DNA of 64,000 nt from positions 217,696 to 281,695 of the forward strand of contig NIVC01002239.1 in the NCBI GenBank assembly GCA_002269645.1, in the 5' to 3' direction. Below the pieces are notes generated by a model. It ran no database searches. It was not told the origin of the DNA and was given only the letters and a program-made list of their open reading frames with translations. The translations under genes and the position numbers were made by a program. The stretch's first letter is position 1. Each line of letters begins with the position of its first letter. The stretch comes from Macrostomum lignano. Taxonomy: Eukaryota. Below are positions 37,392 through 48,584 of this stretch, piece after piece.

Positions 37392-40300
37392 ATGGCTGGA
37401 GATGATGATGAGGAGCTCAACAGTGCCGCAGAGGTGTACTCCTGTTTCCGCCACATCGAGCTGTTGCCAGGCGCCAAGCCTCATCCTGGCAACGTGGTTG
37501 AGTCTGACTGCCTAGCAACCGTCGACCTGCCGCCCGCTGTGTTCCCCCTGGCCGACTCGCTGCCCAGTGAGGCCGTCACCGAGGGCCGGCTGAGCTCCCT
37601 GCAGCTGCAGGGCGTGCTGTACGCCTGCCAGCGCCACCGGACTCTGCTGCCTGGCGGCGAGCGGGCCGGCTTCTTCATCGGGGATGCCGCGGGAGTCGGC
37701 AAGGTAACTGTGGGAGAAATTGTCGAGCTGAGCTCAATGAGGCGTGCCTGAGTCGGAGTCTAGGATTTGTTTTGTTGATGATTTTTCGAGTTGGAATAAT
37801 GGGATTTAGATTAAGGCAGTGGACTCCGGTTGGGGAGCTGACTCGTACGAGTGTGGCCCAAAGGCGTGCGTTCTGCCACCCCCTCCCCACTCTGTGGCCA
37901 CTCTTGGCCGATGCGAGGTGTATTTTGTTGTTGTATTGCAGTTGGGATGACGAGACTAGTTTGCATGACGGGACTCTAGTTTGCATGACGGGACTCTAGT
38001 TTGCATGACGGGACTCTAGTTTGCATGACGGGACTCTAGATGGGATGGCGGGACTAGTTGGGATGAAAGGATTTGAGTTCGTCGGAGGGGAAGCCAGTAT
38101 TAGTTCTGAAGCCAATCAAAGCAGTCAGTCGGGCTGATCCGCCTCCGCAGGGCCGCCAGATTGCGGCGATAATCCTGGACAGTCTGGCCCGGGGCCGGCC
38201 GCGCCACCTGTGGCTGAGTGTGTCGCCAGACCTCGCCCAGGACGCCAGGCGGGACCTGTTGGCCATCGGCTGCCATGCCCGCGTCATCGACGGCTGCCGG
38301 CAGCTGGACCGGTCGGCCACGGCGTTCGGCCTGGCCAAGGACTGCCGCGAGGGCGTCCTGTTCAACACCTACGCCTGTCTGGTGTCGGGCGGCTCCGGCG
38401 CCAGCCGCAAGACCCGCCTTGAGCAGCTTATCGACTGGTGCTCCGGCGACTCGGCGCCAGCCAAATTCGACGGCTGTCTCGTGCTGGACGAGTGCCACCG
38501 CGCCAAGCACTTCCTGCCGGACGCCAAGGAGGCCGCCAACTCCAAGGTAGCTGCGGCTGTCATTGAACTGCAGCAGCGGCTGCCGCTGGCACGAGTGGTT
38601 AGTGAGCTTCTGGAATCCCTGAACTGGCACTGAGAATCTCCCTGAACTGGCATTGAAAATCTCCCTGAACTGGCACTGAGAATATACCTGAACTGGCACT
38701 GAGAAAATACCTGAACTGGCACTGAGAATATACCTGAACTGGCACTGAGAATATACCTGAACTGGCACTGAGAATCTCCCTGAACTGGCACTGAGAATAT
38801 ACCTGAACTGGCACTGAAAATCTCCCTAAACTGGCACTGAGAATCTCCCTGAACTGGCACTGAGAATCTCCCTGAACTGGCACTGAGAATCTCCCTGAAC
38901 TGGCACTGAGAATATACCTGAACTGGCACTGAGAATCTCCCTGAACTGGCACTGAGAATATACCTGAACTGGCACTGAGAATATACCTGAACTGGCACTG
39001 AGAATATACCTGAACTGGCACTGAGAATATACCTGAACTGGCACTGAGAATATACCTGAACTGGCACTGAGAATATACCTGAACTGGCACTGAGAATATA
39101 CCTGAACTGGCACTGAGAATCTCCCTGAACTGGCACTGAGAATATACCTGAACTGGCACTGAAAATCTGCCTGAACTGGCACTGAAAATCTCCCTAAACT
39201 GGCACTGAAAATCTCCCTAAACTGGCACTGAAAATCTCCCTAAACTGGCACTGAAAATCTCCCTGAACTGGCACTGAAAATCTCCCTAAACTGGCACTGA
39301 AAATCTCCCTAAACTGGCACTGGAATCCCACAAACTTCGCCGACACCCCAGGTGTACTGCAGCGCCACAGGTGTATCGGAGCTGAAAAACCTGGCCTACA
39401 TGACCCGGCTTGGCCTGTGGGGCCCCAGCCGCCCCTTCGCCAGCTTCCAGGATTTCCGCGGCCTGTTGGAGCGCCGCGGCCTGGCTGCAGCGGAGATGCT
39501 GGCCGCCGAGCTGAAGGCCACTGGCGTGTACGTGGCCCGCGGCCTGTCCTTCCGGGACGCCGAGTTCGCCATTGTGGACGCGCCGCTCACGACCGGCGAC
39601 ATTGCGCTGTATGACTCCGCGGCTGCTCTGTGGCGACGAGTGAGCACTGGGGTGGGACGGGGCCCGACTCAGTGTCATGTCATGTCTTATATCATTTCAT
39701 TGATGTCTAATGTCATTTCACTAATTTCTAATGTCATTCCACTGATGCCTAATGTCATTTTACTGATGCCTAATGTCATTCCACTGGTGCCTAATGTCAT
39801 TCCACTTCCACTGATGCCTGATGTCATTCCACTGGTGCCTAATGTCATTCCACTTCCACTGGTGCCTGATGTCATTCCATTGATGCCTGATGTCATTCCA
39901 CTGATGCCTGATGTCATTCCACTGATGCCTGATGTCATTCCATTGATGCCTGATGTCATTCCACTGGTGCCTAATGTCATTCCACTTCCACTGGTGCCTG
40001 ATGTCATTCCATTGATGCCTGATGTCATTCCACTGGTGCCTAATGTCACTCTGTCGAAGAAAATTTTCGCGCCGTTAATTCCCAGCGTCACTTCGCTGAT
40101 GCCCAATGCCATTTAATCTTTACAAAATATCGCTTCAATTGAGTCAAATGTTATTCCACTTGCGCCTAATGTCACTCCAATCTCCCCCGCCCCCGCAGAT
40201 TCACTCCAGCCTGCTCCGCGCCTGCTCCCTGTGCCGAGTTCGCTCTCCAGGCCAGCACCTGCGCAGCTACTGGTCCGCCCACCAGCGCTTTTTCCTGCAG

Positions 40301-43300
40301 CTCTGCCTGTCGCTGCGGGTGCCCGCCGTGCTGGCTGAGGCCAAGCGGGCCCTGGACATCGGCCTCTGCCCTGTGCTGGGCCTGCAGAGCACCGGAGAAG
40401 CCGGCCTGCACGCCTCCGCCGATCTGCAGTCGCCCTCCGGCTTCGTGTCGGTTTGTCGACACGTGTGCCGGCAGTTCCTGCTGTCGCACTTCCCCGCCGT
40501 GTCCACCCTGACTGGCCAGCCCGAGACCTGGAGCAGCGGCGAGAGACAGCGCCTGCTGGACGAGCTGGAGGCCTGCGAGCTGCCGGCCGGGGGACTCGAC
40601 CTGCTCATTGACGGCCTTGGGGGGCCTGACGATGTGGCAGAAATGACAGGTAGTAGAAACTTGGGGTTTTCATATGTAATTAGTCCTGTGCGATTCTGTG
40701 GGAGAATCAGGATCTCATCTGGTGTCTGATTGGCCCTGTGGGAGAATCGGGATCCCATCTGGTGTCTGATTGGCCCTGTGGGAGAATCGGGATCTCACCT
40801 GGTGTCTGATTGGCCCTGTGCAGGCCGGCGCAGCCGCATCATCCGCTGCAAGGGCCGCGGCGGCTTTCGCCTGGAGAGCCGGTACGCGGAGAGCGGCGAT
40901 GCGCAGAGCGTGAACGCCAGCGAGCGGCAGCGCTTCATGGCGGGCCAGAAGCTGGCGGCCGTCATCTCGGATGCGGCCTCCACCGGCATCAGTCTGCACG
41001 CCGACCCTGGCTGTGCCAACACCCGCCGGCGGGTGCACGTGACCGCCGAGCTGCCCTGGTCTGCCGAGAAAGCGGTGAGGCCCGATGCACTGTAGTCTGA
41101 ATGCCGATCCTAATTAGAAAGCATGCAGGATTTTGTGAATATCCCATTGGGTAGCTTTGTGAATATCCCATTGGGTAGCTTTGTGAATATCCCATTGGGT
41201 AGCTTTGTGAATATCCCATTGGGTAGCTTTGTGAATATCCCATTGGGTAGCTTTGTGAATATCCCATTGGGTAGCTTTGTGAATATCCCATTGGGTAGCT
41301 TTGTGAATATCCCATTGGGTAGCTTTGTGAATATCCCATTGGGTAGCTTTGTGAATATCCCATTGGGTAGCTTTGTGAATATCCCATTGGGTAGCTTTGT
41401 GAATATCCCATTGGGTAGCTTTGTGAATATCCCATTGGGTAGCTTTGTGAATATCCCATTGGGTAGCTTTGTGAATATCCCATTGGGTAGCTTTGTGAAT
41501 ATCCCATTGGGTAGCTTTGTGAATATCCCATTGGGTAGCTTTGTGAATATCCCATTGGGTAGCTTTGTGAATATCCCATTGGGTAGCTTTGTGAATATCC
41601 CATTGGGTAGCTTTGTGAATATCCCATTGGGTAGCTTTGTGAATATCCCATTGGGTAGCTTTGTGAATATCCCATTGGGTAGCTTTGTGAATATCCCATT
41701 GGGTAGCTTTGTGAATATCCCATTGGGTAGCTTTGTGAATATCCCATTGGGTAGCTTTGTGAATATCCCATTGGGTAGCTTTGTGAATATCCCATTGGGT
41801 AGCTTTGTAAATATCCCATTTGGATGGTAATCTATTGTCGTTCCTTTTTGGTATTTCTCAGTCACATTTGGGATAATAAATATGGGATTTGTATCTGCAA
41901 CAGCTCGGTCATTCCTGAGCATCCCAAATCCCAACTCAGGTGCAGCAGCTGGGCCGCACGCACCGCTCAGGCCAGTCCAGCGGCCCCGTCTACCGCCTGG
42001 TCTGCCTGGACCTGGCCGGCGAGCGCCGCTTCTGCTCCGGTGTTGCCAAGCGGCTGCAGACTCTGGGCGCCCTGACCAAGGCCGACCGGCGGGCCGCCCT
42101 GGTTGGCGACCTCGGCCACCTCAACTGTGACACCGGCCGCGGCAGGGCGGCCCTGCGCCGGCTGTATCAGTACACTGCGGCCGGCCGCCTGCTGCGGGGC
42201 GTAAGCCTGCCGGAGGTCTTCGACGGCGAGGTCTCGACTGAGCAGGAGGGCGTGCGGGTGAGCATACAGGAGGAGTCATGTTTGAGAGGCATGAAGTTGG
42301 GAGTTGGGAGAGTCATGGCTAATGTGAGAGTCATGGCTCAGGTGAGAGTCATGGCTCAGGTGTTGAAGGCATAGCTCAGGTGAGAGTCATGGCTAAGGTG
42401 AGAGTTATGGCTCAGGTGTTGAAGGCATAGCTCAGGTGAGAGTCATGGCTAAGGTGAGAGTTATGGCTCAGGTGAGAGTCATGGCTCAGGTGTTGAAGGC
42501 ATAGCTCAGGTGAGAGTCATGGCTCAGGTAGGAGAGTCATGGCTAAGGTGAGAGTCATGGCTCAGGTGAGAATCATGGCTCAGGTGTTGAAGGCATAGCT
42601 CAGGTGAGAGTCATGGCTAAGGTGAGAGTGAGTCATTGCTCAGGTGAGAGTCATGGCTAAGGTGAGAGTCATGGCTAAGGTGTGAAAGGCATAGCTCAGG
42701 TGAGAGTCATTGCTCAGGTAGGAGAGTCATGGCTAAGGTGAGAGTCATGGCTCAGGTGAGAATCATGGCTCAGGTGTTGAAGGCATAGCTCAGGTGAGAG
42801 TCATGGCTAAGGTGAGAGTGAGTCATTGCTCAGGTGAGAGTCATGGCTAAGGTGAGAGTCATGGCTAAGGTGTGAAAGGCATAGCTCAGGTGAGAGTCAT
42901 TGCTCAGGTAGGAGAGTCATGGCTCAGGTGAGAGTCATGGCTCAGGTGAGAGTCATGGCTCAGGTGAGAGTCATGGCTCAGGTGAGAGTCATGGCTCAGA
43001 GTCACCAGAGAAGAATCCGAACTTTCCGTTAACTTTACGAGCTCGTAATTTGAAACGCCGCTCCCACCTTGGCCCCGCAGCGGCTGCAGGCCTGCCTGCT
43101 GGACATGGACATCTTCGAGCGCCTTGCCGAGCCCAGCGGCAAGTGTCGCCTCCGCGATGGCGAGACGGGCTCGGTGAATCGCTTCCTGAACAGGCTGCTG
43201 GGGCTGCCGGTGGCTGAGCAGGCCTGTCTGTTCCGCTACTTTCTGGCCGCCTGCGGGCTCGAGCCCGCGCCCGGCTTTGGTGAGCGACCTGCACTGACTG

Positions 43301-44851
43301 CTGCTCCCATTCCCTGTCTTCCCATCTTCCCATCCATCTCCCCTATCTTCCCACCCATCTCCCCTATCTTCCCACCCATCTCCTCTATCTTCCCATCCAT
43401 CTCCTCTATCTTCCCACCCATCTCCCCTATCTTCCCACTCATCTCCCCTATCTTCCCATCCATCTCCTCTATCTTCCCACCCATCTCCTCTATCTTCCCA
43501 CCCATCTCCCCTATCTTCCCACCCATCTCCTCTATCTTCCCACCCATCTCCTCTATCTTCCCACCCATCTCCCCTATCTTCCCACCCATCTCCTCTATCT
43601 TCCCATCCATCTCCTCTATCTTCCCACCCATCTCCTCTATCTTCCCATCCATCTCCTCTATCTTCCCACCCATCTCCTCTATCTTCCCACCCATCTCCCT
43701 ATCTTCCCACCCATCTCCTCTATCTTCCCACCCATCTCCCCTATCTTCCCATCCATCCCATCTGTCTTCAAATCCTGTCTTCATGTCCTCCATTTCTTCC
43801 AGTATGAAAGTTTTGTGACGAATAGAAAGTCTATTCGTCCATGCACCTATGCGAGTGCGAGCTCTCCCTCCCCATCGCCAGCACTCGAATTCCCAAATCC
43901 CCTCCCGCAGGCCCCGCAGACGCCGCTTCTCCCAGCTCACCTCTGGCGGCATCGGCGACAGCAGACGACGACTGCCTGGCGGAGCTGCGCGCCGACTCCA
44001 TCCGGCTGGTGTCGCCGCCAGCCGAGGCGTTTCAGCAGAGCTGCCTGCCGGCCGGCCTGCTGTCCCGCCAGGTCACCGCCGTCACCCTGGAGATCACCAG
44101 GAGGCTGCGGCGCCGGCAGCCTCACCAGAGCCAGCAGCGGACTCCGCAGCGCACAGTGACTGAGCGGCTCACCCTGCTCTGCGGCTCCGTGCTGCCGCTG
44201 CTGCCCGCGCTGGAGGCCTGCCTGGCCGCCAACTGGGCCGCCCTGCGAGGCCTGCCCGCCTCTCGTCGTCGCCTGCGGTTCCTGCGAGCCCGCGTCGACG
44301 CCGATAGCGAAGCCGACCCCGACGCCGCTGGCGGCAGCCGTCGGTTTGTTGGCCTCCGATTCCCCGCTGCGCTGCTGCGGGCCGCCGAGGCGGAGCTGGG
44401 GCGCCGGCGGCTGCTGGCCCAGCAGGCGGAGGCCGCCTCTGGACCGACGGCAGCTTCAGCGGCGGCCGGCGCAGCGAAGGAGGAGGCTGTGGCGCCGGTA
44501 GACGAGCGGCTGAAGCGCCGGGCAACCACGGCACCGCCAACCATTCGAAGCTTTTTCGCTCCGGCGGCCGCTGCGCCTTCACCTTCGCCCTCGCCAGTTC
44601 ATGCCGCGGCGGCCAGCAAGCGGAAGAGCTGTGGAGCAGCGGCGGCCGCCCCCAGCCCGGCCAAGCAGGCCCGCATCAGCGACCTGTTCGCCGCCAGGCA
44701 GCCGGACGAGTCGGTCTGCCCGAACTGCGACAAGCAGCTGCCGGCCTCCGTGCGGCCCCGGGACCACTGGGCCGTCTGCCTCGTTGTGGGGGCCAGCGGC
44801 CCGGCCGGTGCGGAACCAAAGCAAGAGAAACTGGACAGAGATGCAGCTTAG
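37392..44851 (+). CDS. SBNO: Strawberry-notch-like SF2 helicase (8 exons, about 1068 aa) with C-terminal PIP-like motifs and a UBZ4-like zinc finger
   Basis: Exons 37392-37703, 38151-38597, 39352-39639, 40199-40649, 40824-41074, 41940-42257, 43081-43279 and 43911-44851; total 3207 nt, phases match. Motifs: HPGNVVES, LSSLQLQGVLYACQRH, GFFIGDAAGVGK|GRQI, LDECHRAK, ARV|VYCSATG, YVARGLSF, LQSTGEA, AEMTGR, ISDAASTGISLHAD, ELPWSAEKA|VQQLGRTHRSGQ, VNRFLNRLLGL. Confidence 0.92.
37957..38039. repeat. 20-bp tandem repeat x4, SBNO-like intron 1
   Basis: Unit tagtttgcatgacgggactc. Confidence 0.88.
38615..39322. repeat. 23-bp minisatellite, about 31 copies, SBNO-like intron 2
   Basis: Unit gaactggcactgagaat(ctcc/atac)ct. 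Confidence 0.95.
39674..40095. repeat. 21-bp minisatellite with 27-bp variants, SBNO-like intron 3
   Basis: Unit gtcattccactgatgcctgat. Confidence 0.9.
40697..40820. repeat. 40-bp tandem repeat x3, SBNO-like intron 4, abutting the acceptor
   Basis: Unit gtgggagaatcgggatcccatctggtgtctgattggccct. Confidence 0.88.
41132..41822. repeat. 24-bp near-perfect minisatellite, about 29 copies, SBNO-like intron 5
   Basis: Unit tttgtgaatatcccattgggtagc, with essentially no variants until the last copies. Confidence 0.97.
42305..43000. repeat. 18-bp-based minisatellite with a 190-bp higher-order period, SBNO-like intron 6
   Basis: Unit ggctcaggtgagagtcat; the variant caggtaggagagtcat recurs at about 42531, 42721 and 42911. 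Confidence 0.92.
43315..43765. repeat. 21-bp polypyrimidine minisatellite, SBNO-like intron 7
   Basis: Unit catctcc(t/c)ctatcttccca(c/t)c. Confidence 0.92.
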
Positions 44852-44937
44852 TTGCCAGGTTTAGGAGCTGCTCAGAACTGCTCTGGGCCTGGCTTTTCTG
44901 CTTGAGATTGGGGCCAGCTGGGCAGCCAAGCTTGAGT

Positions 44938-45035
44938 TCGTGGCTGTGTACAGGTGGCATACCAGGTGATGGCTGTGTACAGGTGGCATACCAGGTGATG
45001 GCTGTGTACAGGTGGTATACCAGGTGATGGCTGTG
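44938..45035. repeat. 29-bp tandem repeat x3 downstream of the SBNO-like stop
   Basis: Unit tggctgtgtacaggtggcataccaggtga. Confidence 0.85.
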
Positions 45036-45353
45036 GGTGACAAGTGAAGGTGATTGAGAGGGGTTGCTTGCTGAGTCACCAGTGCAGAGCATTTATACTT
45101 TAAATATTTTATTCTATTTACGGTACAGTTTGGCAAGATTGGCGGCTCAGTTCGAGCTGATCTTCCAGTCTCATTGCGAGCTCCCCATTTTGCGAGTTTC
45201 GCATTCTCTCGCCGATAGCTTCTCCCGTGTCTAAGATTATTTTATTTTCTAGTTCAAATATACTTCGTAGTTTGCTTCAAGCTTGTGTATATTGCTAAAG
45301 TACAAGTGTCTCTAGACCCGTTAAAATCACTTCGATTTTTGTCGTGTATTACT

Positions 45354-46716
45354 TACTTACTTACTACCGACGGGGGGCAGAGCGCCGCGAATAGGCCGCG
45401 AGGCCCCTATCGCAACCCCAAGCTAAAAACAGAAAGGCGTTAGCCTTGGGGCTGCGCCCACCCCTCGCCGGCAGCAGAAGAGCTCGCGAGAGTGGCGTCT
45501 GCGATCTTCATCCGCCCAGAATCCCGAACGAATGCGCGTAGGTCACGGATCCGGTCCGGAGTGGTGAGTTCGTCAAGCCTTAGCGGATGACCGAGGTGAT
45601 GCCTCCGCGCCTCGTTGAAGTGCGGGCAGAAAGTGACGTGGTGCGTCGAGGTTTCCTCTTCTAAATCACAGAATGGGCAGATAGGGGAGCAGCCACTTTG
45701 CAGTGAAATGTCTCTGGAAGAAGCCATGGCCAGTAATGACCATGCACATCTCCCTGAGGTTAGTTTTACTTAAGAAGATTAGATATTCGGATACTTTCCG
45801 GTTAATGGCAGGCATAGCCTTTCGTGCTTGCCGGTATTCGGAGCAGCTGTCCCAGTGAGTCTGATGCTGGCGGTTCAGCCAATCTTGAATGGCGCGGTTG
45901 AGCGATGACTTCGGAGAAGGTAACTTGACTGAGCGTTGCGCTCCATCAGGGGTGCAACCCCGCTTGGCAAGCTGATCCACAAGCTCGTTGCCGAGGATGT
46001 TGCTATGGCCTGGTGTCCAGATAACATTGATCCTGTTGAGAATCGCTAGGGTCTGCAAGCTTTTGAGGCAGTCTGAAACTGACTTGGTTGAGAGCTTGAT
46101 GGAAGACAAGGCCTTAATAGCGGCCTGGCTGTCAGAGTAAAAATAAATGTCAAAGCTGCTGATGCCAGCTTTGTGCAAATGCTCAGCGCACTGGTTGATA
46201 GCTACAACTTCGGATTGAAAAACCGAGACATTCTCACCAAGATGAAGACTCTCCTGTAAGATCGCCTCACCCTTGTGGAAAATGGCAATGCCTGCACCAG
46301 CGAGACCGTCACACAGGGATCCGTCAGTGAAGCAGTGAATACCTTGGCTTCTCCGGTTGATGCCCACGTCCAGCGGGTGACTCCCTCTCGGTGGAAGAGT
46401 ACACTTGAAGCCCCTCCTGAGGATGAGAGTGGGGGATTTGCAGTCCACCTCGTCTAAATTGAGGTGGATGCGTTGAAGATCGCGACGGATGTAGTCCAGA
46501 TGCGGGAAATGAGTCTTCTCGGGCATGAAGCCTGAGAGCATGTTAGCAATAAATTTATCACAGATGAGACGCGTGGCGCCCTTCATCGCCTCAGCTCTAA
46601 TGAACAAATGCAGCGGAGGCATGCTGAGGATGGTGTTGAGCCCCTCGTAAGGGGTGGATGGATACGCACCGGTGATGGCTCGGCAGATGTTACCCTGCAG
46701 TTGGTACAACCGGTCC
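45354..46716 (-). mobile_element. 5'-truncated non-LTR retrotransposon (RNase H + CCHC finger; LOA/R1/I-type) with a 17-bp TSD
   Basis: RNase H motifs FTDGS, FQSEV, YSDSQAA and [19 protein letters not shown]; upstream [11 protein letters not shown]; C-terminal [18 protein letters not shown] in another frame. The direct repeat ttttgtcgtgtattact occurs at 45337-45353 and 46717-46733, with a (tact)n tail. Confidence 0.9.
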
Positions 46717-46849
46717 TTTTGTCGTGTATTACTGGATTCCGCACCGCCTACTTCTAGTAATAGAATGCGGTCCACTGTCTTATATTCCGCTAAAAAATAA
46801 GGATTGACAAGCTGGTGACCAGAGATAATGACTATTTTAACCAAGTGGG

Positions 46850-47090
46850 AATGACCTGTGAGGATGATGAACTGGTAGTGAGCATAATGACGGAATGACC
46901 AGTGAGGATAATGACGGAATGACCAGCGAGGATAATGACGGAATGACCAGCGAGGATAATGACGGAATGGTCAGGATGATGGAATGACAAGCGAGGATAA
47001 TGACGGAATGGTCAGGATGACGGAATGACCAGCGAGGATAATGACGGAATGGTCAGGATGGTGGAATGACCTGTGAGGATAATTTTGGTT
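46850..47090. repeat. About 24-bp degenerate tandem repeat
   Basis: Unit gaccagcgaggataatgacggaat. Confidence 0.85.
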
Positions 47091-47151
47091 AACCCAGGTT
47101 GGTTCCGTGTTTAGCCTGGAGATATATGTACTTTTAATGGCTTTGTTTGAA

Positions 47152-47284
47152 CAGGAGGTTGTAGCCTATTGGTTAGAGCCTCTAAATCACGACTGAAAGG
47201 TTGGGGGTTCGATTCACTATCCCACTGGAACAATTTGTGTCCTTGACCAAGACACTTAACTCTGCATTACTTCAGTTCACCCAG
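47152..47284 (+). mobile_element. tRNA-derived SINE, truncated copy
   Basis: A-box-like gtagcctattggttagagc, B-box ggttcgattc, then gtgtccttgaccaagacacttaactctg; homologous to 56451-56635. Confidence 0.75.
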
Positions 47285-47322
47285 AATTTGTCCTCATTGA
47301 TAATTCCTATTGGGATACTCGT

Positions 47323-47885
47323 AATAATGGTCATCTATCCTCATTGATAACTCCTATGGGGATAATAATGGTCATCTATCCACATTGATAACTCCTATTG
47401 GGATAATAATGGTCATCTATCCTCATTGATAACTCCTATGGGGATAATAATGGTCATCTATCCTCATTGATAACTCCTATGGGGATAATAATGGTCATCT
47501 ATCCACATTGATAACTCCTATTGGGATAATAATGGTCATCTATCCTCATTGATAACTCCTATGGGGATAATAATGGTCATCTATCCTCATTGATAACTCC
47601 TATTGGGATAATAATGGTCATCTATCCTCATTGATAACTCCTATGGGGATAATAATGGTCATCTATCCTCATTGATAACTCCTATGGGGATAATAATGGT
47701 CATCTATCCTCATTGATAACTCCTATGGGGATAATAATGGTCATCTATCCTCATTGATAACTCCTATGGGGATAATAATGGTCATCTATCCTCATTGATA
47801 ACTCCTATGGGGATAATAATGGTCATCTATCCTCATTGATAACTCCTATGGGGATAATAATGGTCATCTATCCTCATTGATCCTA
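47323..47885. repeat. 41-bp minisatellite, about 13-14 copies
   Basis: Unit taataatggtcatctatcctcattgataactcctatgggga. Confidence 0.95.
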
Positions 47886-48584
47886 TTTGGTGAATAATTG
47901 CCAATTCCTCACAGTTAACTCCGTCAGAATTATCCCTATATGATCGAATGCCCAATGGGGATAAATGTTATTGCTATCCCAGTGCAGTATGACTGACCAA
48001 TGAGGATATCCCGATAGTAAGGCCATGGCTAGCGGCAATATGAAACATTTTCATTCCAATAGACTCAGAAGCGGCAGTTCCTCATGAGCCGGGACTCGCA
48101 CCTGCCTCAGGTAATTAACTGTGTTTAGCGCCGGTGCAAATATTGCCCTCAAGCCGGTGGCTGCTGGCTGCCAATCGTCACGCGTCGGAGATCCTAATTG
48201 CGCTTGAGAAGGCGAGAGGGCACAGGGCTGCCAGCTCAAAGCCCTGCTCAGCTTCTTGGGGGAGGTCTCTGGCCACTCCAGCACGGACTCGAGTCCCTTC
48301 CCGAGTCGCGCCGCTGCTTCCGATTGAAGTTCGGACGGGGGCAGCCACGCAGCAATCGCCCACTTGAGCGGGGGGTGGCTGCGGCTTCCCGCTCGATCTC
48401 CCGCGGCCATTGGGGCAGCCCGGCCTGCCCGCTGCGATCCGCCTCTGCCCTCTAATCAGGGGAACATTTTCTCCCCTGGGCGGGGAGATTTCTGCAGTAG
48501 CTATAGGGAGGCTCGTTTGAAGAAATCGACTGGGTTTAAAAGTTTGAGCTGCCATTTTTTAAAAATAGTCCCGCTTTGAGAGAA

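Noticed and set aside
40989-41934. Long repetitive ORFs (YPMGYSQS, GIFTKLPN, IPLGSFVN)
   Set aside because: A 24-bp stop-free unit is open in several frames on both strands; it lies in SBNO-like intron 5.
46717-46844. N-terminus of the 392-aa RNase H ORF
   Set aside because: It lies outside the TSD, so it is host sequence fortuitously in frame.
47152-47235. tRNA genes at 47.15 kb and 56.45 kb
   Set aside because: A/B boxes are present, but I could not form a proper acceptor stem, and both continue into a shared non-tRNA domain, which indicates a SINE.
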